Assembly (NCBI RefSeq): GCF_018350175.1
Contig: NC_058382.1
Coordinates: 57,166,001 to 57,230,000 of the forward strand
Reading direction: 5' to 3'
DNA length: 64,000 nt
Source: Felis catus
Taxonomy: Eukaryota
Shown: positions 15,655-26,999 of the stretch, in pieces
Layout of the letters: each line of letters starts with the position of its first letter
How positions within the stretch are numbered: position 1 is the stretch's first letter
Notes under the pieces: generated by a model
Seen by the model: the letters and a program-made list of their open reading frames with translations, nothing else
Databases searched by the model: none
What the model was told of the DNA's origin: nothing
Position numbers and translations under genes: made by a program

Positions 15655-15840
15655 GCTGTTTGTTTGTTTATTTTGAGAGAGGTCAAGAGAGTGAGTAGGG
15701 GAGGGAAGAGAGAATCCCAAGCAGGCTCCACACTGACAGCGCTGGGCTCAAGGTAGGGCTCGAACGCACCAACCGTTGAGATCATGACCTGAGCCGAAAC
15801 CAAGAGTCGGACACTGAACTGACTGAGCCACCCAGGCACC
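15655..15840 (-). mobile_element. CAN-SINE
   Basis: Reverse-complement SINE ending gagccacccaggcacc. Confidence 0.88.
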
Positions 15841-16299
15841 TCTAATGGCTAGGTGCTAAGAACACACTCCTTTCAAAGACCGATGGCCCATAAAAATTAT
15901 GGCACTGACACTGAAGTTTATGGTTTCCCAACCCTAGAATAAGAAGGCTTCAAAATATAAGTTTCCTTGGAGGAAAACAAAAATGCCACTGGGGGTACAG
16001 AGGCTGGTGAACAATGGCATGGGGCATTGGGCCCTTGCCTATTCGTGTTAAAGATACCGGTCCCCAATGACTGCTCCACTAGGCCTTCGAAGGCACAGAC
16101 TGCACCTTCCTCGTCTAAAACATCTACTCACCCGCGTCTACAATGGATCCCCCACCTCCACCCCCCGCCTCTCACTACAGAGCGCAAACCTGGTGAGCAT
16201 TTTCCCCTCACCATCTAGCGGCAAGCAGGTAAGTAGCAGTAAGCACAGAGCATGTACAGACACAGACTATACACACACGAAAAGCAGCCTGTGTTTTTA

Positions 16300-16905
16300 T
16301 TTTTATTTATTTTTTATTTTTTTTTAACGTTTATTTATTTTTGAGACAGAGACAGAGCATGAACGGGGGAGGGGCAGACAGAGAAGGAGACAGAATTGGA
16401 AGCAGGCTCCAGGCTCTGAGCCATCAGCCCAGAGCCCGACGCGGGGCTCGAACTCACGGACCGCAAGATCGTGACCTGGCTGAAGTCGGACGCTTAACCG
16501 ACTGCGCCACCCAGGCGCCCCTATTTTTTTTTTTAATTTTTTTTTCAACGTTTTTTATTTATTTTTGGGACAGAGAGAGACAGAGCATGAACAGGGGAGG
16601 GGCAGAGAGAGAGAAGGAGACACAGAATCGGAAACAGGCTCCAGGCTCCGAGCCATCAGCCCAGAGCCCGACGCGGGGCTCGAACTCACGGACCGCAAGA
16701 TCGTGACCTGAGCTGAAGTCGGACGCTCAACCGACTGAGCCACCCAGGCGCCCCAGCAGCCTGTGTTTTTAAGTTTACGAGTGTGCAGGAGAAGGGCAGA
16801 GAGGGAGAGAGACAATCCCAAAGCAGGGCTCAAACCCACGAACCGTGAGATCAGGACCTGAGCCAAAAGCAACAGACACTTTACTGACTGAGCCACCCAG
16901 GTGCT
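16300..16905 (-). mobile_element. Three tandem/nested CAN-SINEs (about 16300-16520, 16521-16754, 16772-16905)
   Basis: Two near-identical young copies bounded by one 17-bp TSD agcagcctgtgttttta (16283-16299, 16755-16771), followed by an older copy. Confidence 0.92.
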
Positions 16906-17149
16906 CAAGAAGAAACTAACAAGAGTTCTGTCTTTGCTTTTCTCCCTCTCCTTTTGCATAACTGAGTTGAGGGCAAGAAGGTAGGTGCTGGTGGGAGAGC
17001 CATGGTGGCCTGGTGTGGGCTGAAGGAGTCTTGAGAGGGCGAGAAAGGCGTGTGGCAGACAGGCAGCTGGGGAGGAGAGTAGGAGCCTGAGAGGGGTGAT
17101 GGCAGTGAAAGAGAAAATTGATTAGTTCAAATAAATACTTAACAGATAA

Positions 17150-18330
17150 CGGGAAGGAAGCAGCTTTCTTACTGCAGAGAAGAAAGTCACAGGTAGGAAA
17201 AAAGAAAACCTGCAAGATCCACGCAGGATCAGAATGAAGTAGGGAAGTACTGGGGTGAACTCAAGGTTCTCGATACACAGATAGATGTGGAAACAAGTAC
17301 GTACGTGTGTGTACACATATACATAGGAGCATGCGCATGTACATTTCCTAGCTCCGCCTACTGCAAGGACACGGAAGCAGTGATACCCCAACAAGAGGAG
17401 CCCATCTAGTGCCCAGAACTGGTTTTCTAAAGGCCATTCTGTGCTACAAGAGACCAGGCTCCTTGGAGACAAGCTACTTCCAGACTGGGCAGGTGAGTCC
17501 AGACCATCTCGTGCCAGAGAGTGAGAAAGCACTCAAAGAATAATGGGAGTGTGAGGAACACAGAGGCCGTCATGGGACAATCTGCACGTCAAAGTAAATA
17601 ATGAAAATAACAGATCCTAACTCACTGAATAAAAAACACAAAAGTCCATGATGACATTTATAAATAAATTGAAAGTCGGAGGAACGAGACATTTACATAG
17701 TCCCAGAACGCCTGCCGACAAAAATCCTCATTTCCAAAGGGAAAACGGGTAACTCTACAGAAGACCAGCTTCACCAAGTGAACCAGCGGTGGGACAGATG
17801 GAACCACATCCACACACTGCAAGAGGCTGGCATCACTCGTGGGGTTCCGGCCAAAGATGCACACCCCGAATCTATTCAGGAGGAAACATCAGAATCCAAA
17901 TCAAGGGACACTCTTCAAAATATACTGGCCTGGAATTTTCAAAATTACCAAGGAGATGAAAGCCAAGGAATGGCGGAGACGCGGCTGCGGATGGAAGGGG
18001 ACTCGAGAGACATGACCGGTAAGTGAACTCGAGGTTCTCCACTGGGTCCCTCTGCTGTGAAGACATTACTGAACAACTGGCAAACCCGAACGGGGCCCGC
18101 CTGAAAGCAGATAGCAGGAGTGTAGCAAGACTAATTTCCTGATTTTGAAGGCTGTGCTCTGATTATGTAAGAAGGACTTTGCTTGCAGGAAATGCCCCAT
18201 GAAGTATCAAAGGATAATGGGTATCAGGTCTGCAACTCACTTTCAAATAGTTCACAGACCAAAAAAAAAAAGAAGTTTTGTGCTGTTGTTGGAAACTTTC
18301 TAGGTTGAAACTGTTTCCAAAGTATGCAAA
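17150..18330 (+). mobile_element. Old L1M (L1MC/MD-like) 3' fragment
   Basis: Degenerate motifs such as ctaatttcctgattttga, tctgcaactcactttcaaatagttca, gttgaaactgtttccaaa; recognised from memory, subfamily uncertain. Confidence 0.55.
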
Positions 18331-18709
18331 AAGAAGGAAAAAAAAGCTTCATATTTAGCCTCAGCTTCTAGGAATGAATAAGAAGGACCGGAGTATTAAC
18401 TTTTTAAAAGGGGGAAGGAATTTTAGTCTCTTTTATTACAGTCTGCTGCCCACCATGTGCATAATCAGACTATATACCATGTCAAACAGACTCACATGCA
18501 TCAACTGCTATACAGAATGACGTTCTCGCATCCCAACAGATGTGACTGAGCTAATCAAAGTGAAATTCAAACTATTTCTCATTCTAATGAATTGACAGAG
18601 CCCCTGAAAAGATTCACGGTAAATTTGTTAAAACTGATACCAGTGTTTACGTAATTTACATTATAACCACCAAGTAACTTTTTGAAAACCAAAGCACAAT
18701 TGCCGGGGA

Positions 18710-18915
18710 TTATCCTGTTAGTTTCAGGTGTCCATCACAGCGGACTTGATATTTTTCCACATCGGAAATGATCCCCATAAGCCTACCTACCACCCGTCAC
18801 CATATGAAGTGATTCCCAGGCAGGCTGCACCTTTTGCATCCCCCGACGAGTTATAAGTTAGACCCCTTTCCCTATTTCATCTGCCCCCTCCAACCCTTTC
18901 CCACTATGGTAACCA
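18710..18915 (-). mobile_element. Carnivore L1 3'-end fragment
   Basis: ttagtttcaggtgt...aaatgatcccc...ccctttcccactatggtaacc resembles the reverse L1_Carn 3' UTR. Confidence 0.55.
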
Positions 18916-19589
18916 ACACAGAGAGAGACAAACATAGTATGTATGTCTCTATGTGTCTTGCGTGTCTGTAAAAATCAAGTAACATTTTGAGGACATAAAT
19001 TGAGACACGCAGTATAAAACAGATCATGTTTAAGAATTCAACCCAATAAAATGAGGACTCTCATGTGTCGCTGGTGAATGTAAGAAAACTCCTGTTAACC
19101 TCTTAGAACTGTAATTTACCAACATGTATTAAAAGTCTTAAAAATGGAAGCAAAAACCTTCTCTAACAAACCCAGGGACACAACAAACACTACCACATAC
19201 CAAGCACTCATCAGGAGGCAGGTGCTACTCTAGGCAATCTGCATGTATTTACTCATTTCATCTTAACAACCTGTTACTGACCACCCCCACCCCCACCCAC
19301 GGCTCATCACCCCGCCCGGTGCCACACAGCTGTGACTGGGAAAGCTGGGCTGGGAACTTGTGTGTTGGGCATGGAGGCCATACCTGTAAGTGGTAGGTTA
19401 CCCAGCTTTTCTAAAATCTCCCCTAGAAATTCATTCCATAGAAGTGTGAATCTGAAAGCATACAATGATTTATACCCAAAGATTATAACCGGGAAAAATT
19501 AAAGACCATCTAAAGGTGCAACAGACTAGCTAATTAATTAACTAACCAATACTATGGAATGCTGTGTAGCAATTTCAGATTATGTTCCT

Positions 19590-20052
19590 CTGGAAGGCTG
19601 GATAATGGTTCCCCAAAGATACCTATATCCTCCTCCCCAGAGCCTGTACATGTTACTTTATACGGCCACAGGGATCTTGCAGGTGTGATTAAACTAAGGC
19701 TCTCCAGATGGGGAGAGTACCCTGGATTATCCAGGCGGGACAATGTAATCGCAAGAGGGAGGCAGGCCCACGGGGCTACTCCTCCACCAAGTAGCAGATG
19801 AGATATTGGAAGCTGAGGCTGAGGTAATCAGGGGACAGGGGCCAGGAGCCAAGGAATGCAGGTGCCCCTGGAAACCCAAAAAGGAAGGAAACAATCTTGC
19901 CCAGAGCCTCCAGAAGGAACGAAGCCCCGGTGACGCCCTGATGTCAGCCCAGGGAGACTGATTTTGGACTGCTGACCTCCAGAACCGTGAAAGAAGAAAT
20001 ATGTGTGGTTTTAAACCACTAAGTTTGTAGAAATTTGTTAGAGCAGCCATAG
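19590..20052 (+). mobile_element. MLT1 (ERVL-MaLR) solo LTR
   Basis: gcaggtgtgattaa...gagccaaggaatgcagg...cagagcctccagaagga...tgacctccagaac...ttttaaaccactaagtttgt...gcagccatag. Confidence 0.85.
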
Positions 20053-21814
20053 ATCTTGGAAAGATTTCCCAAAAAATATGGGGAAACGTTCGTGCAAATA
20101 TTAAGTGAAACAGTTCATGGACAGGGTGATCCAAATCTTGACTTTTAAATAATGTATCTATATGCATAGGAAAAAAAAGAGTATGAAAAGGTGTCTACCC
20201 AGTCGGTTAACAGTGGTTCATTCTACCCTTCAACGGTATCGTTACAGGGAGCTATTTTCTCAATTCTATTTATTTACATTTTTACAAAGAGTATGTGTTA
20301 CGCTTTCATCATTAAACTATCAATTGAAATACTTCAATAAGCCGTCTAAAGTCAGTTTTACGGAAAAACAAATTTTCTGGCAAGACCGTGGCCGAAAGAT
20401 TCAAAATAAATTAAAGATTGTGGTTTTCTTTAATAAATTGAAACATTTTATTTATTTTTAAGGACATAATCTCTATGCCCAACCCATGACCCTGAGATCA
20501 AGTCACACACTCCATCAAGTGAGCCAGCCAGGAACCCCAAAGATTTAGTTGTATTTATACAGACAGCAGAGCTTAAAAGGGACAGATTTCCTAGAAACCG
20601 TGTTAAAAAAAAATCCGTCTGTGTCTACCTCCCAGCTTCAGGCCAAGCTTTTCACTCATTCATTCTGAACAGGCTTATCATGGGCGGTATCACCTACTCA
20701 CTGGGCCTAGTTAGGGCTGTTACTGGACCCATGGCTTCCTGGATTTACTTTCTACGAATACTTCCCATACAAAGCTATGGCCTAAAAAATGGTATCTGCA
20801 TAGTGATGGATTTTCCAGAATCGTATGCCTCTAACACGAGCGTAATCAAAAAACATTTGACATCAAACACTAAGTGGAAAATTAGCAGTTCAAATAACGT
20901 ATGCCAGGAACAACATTTAAGGAGATTTGCGTGAAAAACGAGTCAAAATAGACAAAATGTATTACCCAGGCAAACAACTGGTCTGACCAGCTCTGAGGTT
21001 CTTCTATTTTGCATTAGAAAAGAATGTCACCAAGATTACAATCGTGGTTATAAGCTAAAGCATATCTGAAATCATTTCTTTGCGTTCAGTAAGAACGCAA
21101 TTCAGGAGGGAGGAAAACTACCTACTTGTATCACCCGATGGTCCTCTGATTATGCAGATACACCAGCTTTTTAATGAGCCTTTACTGAAATAGCTCTAGA
21201 GAAAACTGAACTGCGTTTAGGCCACGAAAGGGTAGCATTCAGTTCAATTAAACCCTGGCTATAAAAGTACCACTTTCGTAACGAATTGCGTACTTGGCTG
21301 TGCTGCCATTGTTTAATAGGCTAACATTTAAGCAATGCCAAACCACACTATCTTGAAATAAAGGTGTATTCTTCAGCCTGACTGAACCATTCCTTCTGGC
21401 ACATTCTGTCCATTAGCACGCTTTGTTAAGGGGAGAAAACAAATAATTCAGCCCGAAGAGTCAACAGCACCAGAGTGAAGAGGCCCAGGTCTACACTGCC
21501 CTTTACTGCCTATTCCTTCACAGGTGCTGTGCCCGTCTCCTTACTCTCTTTCCCCTTCGGCCACTCACTATTGGCTAGCTGCATGAGGCACCTCTGAACT
21601 TAGTACTCTCACGTTACTTGAAGCTCATTTCCTTAAGCAAAGACCTCCTCAAGAGAGTTAACAGATCTCCGCAGCACGTCATTAGCTCACAGGGAAGGGA
21701 AACTTGACCTGTCTCCTTTTACCACCTCCTGGCCTGTCTTAGGCAAGATGCTGAAAGAGACCAAAGTCCTCGCCACCCACCCAAATACCAAATGCAAAGT
21801 CTAGCCTCCCATCT

Positions 21815-22039
21815 TGTTGTTGTTGTTTTTTTTTTTAATGTTTATTTATTTTTGAAGGAGAGAGAGACAGAGCATGAGCCAGTAAGGGGCAGGGAGAGAG
21901 GGAGACACAGAATCCAAAGCAGGCTCCAGGCTCCCAGCTGTCAGCACAGAGCCCAACGCGGGGCCTCAACTCATGAACCGTGAGATCGTGACCTAAGCCG
22001 AAGACGGGTGCTTCACCGACTGAGCCACCCAGGTGCCCC
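21815..22039 (-). mobile_element. CAN-SINE with TSD tagcctcccatc
   Basis: Full reverse SINE flanked by direct repeats near 21802-21813 and 22040-22051. Confidence 0.92.
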
Positions 22040-22705
22040 TAGCCTCCCATCCCTAATATTTCAAGTCACCAAGGATTGGAGTTGTCAAATTTTCCCAATA
22101 AAATATCAAGTAATATCTCCACTCTCTCCTAGTGCAAAGAGGCAGTCGTGAACCTCCCGCTAAAATCCCCGCTAATGGAAACCAGGTGCAGTATACCCAA
22201 ACTTTCACCCTTCCTAGCTTTCACTACTCTGTGACAATTACAGTGGCTGCCGCACAGAAGAGGCAGTGGGCAGGGCACAGCGATTGCCATCTACCAGTAG
22301 AATGACAGAAGATGGAATCACACAACATGTGAATTTGAAGGGAAGGTTAAAAACTTCTTAGAAGAGCTTCAGCTTGATCCCATGGGGCCCCGGGTGCTTC
22401 AAAGGCTCTGCAAGCACCAAATTAGAGTTTCTCGTTTTTCACAGACACAACCAACTCTTGATCATGAGACGCGTGGGGAGGGCAGTGGAGAGACCTCATG
22501 GGCAGGAGTCCTAGCAAGGCCACTCCCGGACACAAAAGCCACATATAATCCCACCTCGATGTAGGAAATACTCAGGAGACGAGACTAGAGAGACAGAGAG
22601 CAGATTAGTGGTTGCCTGGGGCTGGAGTCAGAAATGGGTAGTGGCTGCAAATGGGCACCAGCGATCTTTCTGGGGTGATAGAAATGTTCTAAAAGTGGGC
22701 TGTGA

Positions 22706-22863
22706 GGGTACCTGGGTGGCTCAGTCGGTTAAGCATGTGACTTCGGCTCAGGTCATGATACGGTGCTTCGTGGGTTCACGTGGGGCTCTGTGCTGACAAC
22801 TCAGAGCCTGGAGCCTGCTTTGGATTCTGCGTCTCCCTCTCGCTCTCTGCCCTGCCCCCACTC

Positions 22864-22955
<92 letters not shown>

Positions 22956-23212
22956 GAAAATAAATAAACGTTAAAAAAAAATTTTTTTAACGTTTATTTA
23001 TTTTCGAGAGAGAGACAGAGCACGAGCCGGGGGAGGAGCAGAGAGAGAGAGGGAGACACAGAATCCGAAGCAGGCTCCAGGCTCTGAGCTGTCAGCACAG
23101 AGCCTGACGCGGGGCTCGAACCCACAAACCGTGGGATCATGACCTGAGCCAAAGCCGGACTCGCAACCGACTGGGCCACCCAAGCACCCCATACACTAAA
23201 AAAAAATTTTTT
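22706..23212. mobile_element. Tail-to-tail inverted CAN-SINE pair (+ about 22706-22981; - about 22982-23190) inside an old L1 3' fragment
   Basis: Two opposite-orientation SINEs; outer TSD aagtgggctgtg at 22693-22704 and 23213-23224. Confidence 0.92.
22866..22954. repeat. (TG)44 microsatellite inside a SINE
   Basis: Perfect 89-bp dinucleotide run. Confidence 0.97.
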
Positions 23213-23849
23213 AAGTGGGCTGTGGTAATGACTGCACAACTCTGTTTACTGGGAAAAACACTGAATAAGTACCCTTAAAATAGATAAATTCTATGGTATG
23301 TAAATTTTGCCTCTAAAAAAACCCTGACATAAAGGCATTTATATAAAATGTGTGCTGCTCATAAAAAAAGGTGGGAAGAATCCGCTCCTCTTTTTATACA
23401 AATGCAAACTGAGAGCCCGCCGTTGGGAGCGGTGCTTACTAGCAAAGCTAAGTAAGACCAGAGGGCCACAGGAAAATAAATCCTAAGGAGTTCAGCGCTG
23501 TGATCTCATGCCACTCTATCTCCCTCCGAAGTGTCGTCCAGAACCTAAAGTAAACGTATTTAACCTAATTTGCACAGACACAACGGGCCGAGAGTCCCAG
23601 AGGCTCTCACCAAAACAAAGGTAAACGTCTTACGAAAAACGGTATTAATCATCTAGAACAGTCTCAGGTAGCACCGACAGGACAGGGCAAGGCGAGACTG
23701 TAAGATCCCGCAGGTCTGGGAGGCAGGCCGGTCCTGAGAGTAGAACCCAAGAGTCACTCGGGCCCCCCTTGCCCACGAGCTTCCTACAGTCCTGAAAATC
23801 GGGGTGTTCGGAGAGGTGTTCAGACTGGGACAGTGCAAAGAAGGGAGGT

Positions 23850-25000
23850 CGTCGAAAATGGGACAGCGGCCCCCCCTGCGCGAGCCGACCCACGACCGTG
23901 GGTGCGCTGGGAGGCCGAGGGAGGCCGGGCACACGGTTTCAGGCCGTCGAAGTTTGTTTCACAGAAAGAAAACTGGGGGGAGGGGGGGTGGCGAGCAAGC
24001 CAGCACCGCGCTTGAGCCCGCAGAGGGGACCGAGCAGGGCCACCAGCCGCAGCCCGCCGAACACGCACGCGCTGTCCGGGTGCGGGAAAACGCCCGCGCC
24101 CCTCGTCGCCCCGTCCGTCCGCCCGCGCCCCCCGCCCCGCGCCCCTCCCGGCGGGTCCAGGCGCGCAGCGAGGCCCCGGCCCCGGCCCCGGCCGCCGGCG
24201 CAGACCCCCGCCCTCGAGGCCTCGGGCGCGCGGGAGGCCGCGCAAGTCGGGGAGGGGGCGTCGCTCCGGGTAGCTGGCCGCGTCCTAACCTACCTCCGAC
24301 CGCCTCAAGCTCGGGTCCCGCGGGCCCGGGATAACGGCGCCTCCGCGGCGAACACGCCTCGCGTCTCCATTCGGGGCTGTTTACTCCCAACTCTCGCGAG
24401 ACGGCGCGACCGGGGCGGGGAGAGCGACGCCTGGGAGCGCCAGCCCCACCGGCTGTGCGTCCCCTGCGTGCCCCGCGCGGGCCTGCGTGCGCGCTCTGGA
24501 AGCCGGGGGCCGCCGGGGGCCGCCGGGCCCGGGTCGGGAGGACGGACGCAGGTCTCGCGACACTTGCGGTCCGGGACGGGGCGGAAGGTGGGGGGCGTGG
24601 CCAGACTGCGAGGACCCGGCCGTGGCCGGGGGAGCGGACTCTCGGGGTGGCTACTTGTGGGCCGTTGGGCCTTGGGGCCCGAAAGCGGCACCGCGGAGCC
24701 GGGGAGGATGACCCTGGCGGAACGGCTGGCACTTGACGCAAACGCCTGCGAGCTCCTACCCCTTCACCCTCCTCGCGGGGTCTGACCGGGGCCGGAGCCG
24801 GAGCCAGGCTCGGGCGCCACCCCCAGGCACGCACTCTGCAAGCCTCTGTCGGTTTGCCCGACGCGACGGGCCCGGGGAGGCGGCCCGCTGGTGGCTCGGG
24901 GATCAACCCCCTGACGTGCGAAATCCCTGCCCCAACCCCGCCTGCCCGCTCCGGACTCCGCTCCTCGCCCCACTTCGCGGGGACCGCTTGACGCCCAGTG
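23850..25000. promoter_or_regulatory. CpG island / MBTPS1 promoter
   Basis: Very GC- and CpG-rich, several GGGCGG boxes, TCTCGCGAGA palindrome at 24392-24401 and near copy TCTCGCGACA at 24553-24562. Confidence 0.9.
24294..24420 (-). other. MBTPS1: MBTPS1 non-coding exon 1 (TSS approximate)
   Basis: Inside a CpG island; donor GAG|gtaggt at 24293-24292; sequence GTTGGGAGTAAACAGCCCCGAATGGAG resembles my recall of the human 5' UTR. Confidence 0.65.
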
Positions 25001-25654
25001 GTTTTCCTTGTTGGAAGAAACAGGATCTGTGCGCTAAACTCGGAAACGTTGGCCTCCCCAGAGATGCCCGCGTGGTTTACATACTAGGATCACGAGCTGT
25101 CTTAGGCCTGCATGTTGGCTCTGGGTACAAGTGGGGGACCAAAAGCACGTTTTAGGTAACGCTTCTGTAAAAAATGATGTGCTATAATCAGATAAAACCG
25201 TTTATATCTTAGAATTTCCCACAGCACCATGATAATGCTGAATGGCACCAACGTGACAAGAAAGCACAGCACTTCATAGTCCCTTTATCATTATTTAACC
25301 AAGCTGATTTATACACTAGATTGATACACCATCACCAACTAGCCTTGGGATCTTGGGCAAGTTGTACCTCAGCCCTTTGTACCCCACCTTCCTTACCCCA
25401 GAGAGGTATTTACACCTACCTTCCAGGATGAAGGTTAAAGGAAACACACAGGGCTGGACACACCCATGTTCAATAAACAATGATGACTGTCGCTAGACCC
25501 GCCCACACCTGATGAAGTTCTTCTCCCCATTCTGAGATTGCATCAATGTTAGGAACTTACAGAGAATTCTTGACTCTTGCATTCATAAATCCTCAAAGTG
25601 AAGCCCTCCCATGCTGCCACCATGTAATGGTGGCACTTGATCTTAAACTTAAAT

Positions 25655-25830
25655 GTGGGTGTGCCTGGTTCTTGATTTTGGATCAGGTCATGACCTCATG
25701 ACCAGGAGATCCAGCCCGGCATCAGGCTCTGCACCAAGTGTGGGGCCTGCTTGGGATTCTCTCTCCCTCTCTGCCCCTCCCCCACCCATGCATTTGCACT
25801 CTCTCGAATTAAATAAACTTGAAACAAAAA
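25655..25830 (+). mobile_element. CAN-SINE (head partly deleted)
   Basis: tcaggtcatgacctcatg...ggctctgcacc...gcctgcttgggattctctctccc. Confidence 0.78.
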
Positions 25831-26391
25831 ACTTCAGTGCTCTACGGTGGGGTGAATTTGTCTCAGCCAAGGTTCTTTTTTAACAGGCCCTTAAGTCACT
25901 GTGCCACTGAACACACGACCCAACTAGGGGTAGGCTAGTGAACTGAAAACATCCGTGTCATGTGATGGTCAAGCCCCAAAGCAGGCAAGAGGACAATGCT
26001 GCCCGCTTCTGAGAACCCTACAAACTGAAGGGGGCCGAGGCACAAGACAGGTGTTTTAGAAATCTACTAAGAAAGGATGAGAGCCCTAGGCTCCTCGTCT
26101 AGCCATTTCCCACCACTCCAGGTTCTAAAATAACTTCATGTTTTATGTGTATGATAACGAATTCGCAAATTCCATGGGAAGGTACATCTTTATTCAGACT
26201 AAATGCTATTTTAAAGAGTAACAGCCAAGCCAGTCCTGAGACAGAGACACAGACAGACTGGACTTGGTTTAGGAGGGCACACGATATCGAGATTGAGGAT
26301 ACCACCTAACCCTCTGGTTCCCAAATGGGACGAGATTTTAAGTAACTGAGATTAAAACAGAACAAGACTCCTCAAAAGAACTGTCTCTCCT

Positions 26392-26623
26392 GGGGCGCCT
26401 GGGTGGCTCAGTTGGTTGGGTGTCCGACTTTGGCTCAGGTCATGATCTCATGGTTCATGAATTCGAACCCCCCCCCCCCCGCCCCATCCAGCTCTGTGCT
26501 GACAGCTCAGAGCCTGGAGCCCACTTTGTATTCTGTGTCTCCCTCTCTCTCTGTTCCTCCCCCGCTTGCACTCTCTCTCAAAAATAAATAAAGATTAAAA
26601 ACATTCAAAAAGACAAAGAAAAC
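26392..26623 (+). mobile_element. CAN-SINE with TSD agaactgtctctcct
   Basis: Full SINE and direct repeats at 26377-26391 and 26624-26638. Confidence 0.92.
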
Positions 26624-26999
26624 AGAACTGTCTCTCCTTGCCGTCTCCCTTTTTCTTTCCGCTCCTTCTTGAACCCACTACAATCTAGCTTTCATCCAGA
26701 CAAAATGGCTCAGGGCAAAACCAGTAGTAATCTCCATGTCGCCAAAGTCAATGATCAAAACCTAGCTCCAGCTACTCAACCTATCAGGAGAATGAGAGCA
26801 AAACATCAACTTACTCGTTTTGAAAGACTTAACAGACACGTGGTTATGGACCATTTTCTTGCTGAATTAGCAGCTTTTAATGAAGTACTACCACAGGTGT
26901 TCACAGACTCAATTATTTTTCAGTAATTTTAAGGGAATTGTTCCTATGGGGGAAAAATCTTTCATTCCAAAGACAATTACTCAGAGCAAAACCTCTTCC

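Noticed and set aside
16324..16959. Recurrent ORFs such as WVAQSVERPTSAQV and FNVYLFLGQRETEHERGRGRERGRHRI, suggesting a protein family
   Set aside because: Translations of SINE copies in various frames.
20800..21480. Repeat-free AT-rich stretch in MBTPS1 intron 1 with a possible minus-strand donor near 20965
   Set aside because: No convincing paired acceptor or reading frame; cannot be supported without alignments or RNA data.
23804..25155. Long overlapping ORFs (up to 315 aa) on both strands at the MBTPS1 promoter
   Set aside because: Low-complexity P/G/R/A translations expected from stop-poor CpG islands; most start at non-ATG codons; no recognisable domain.
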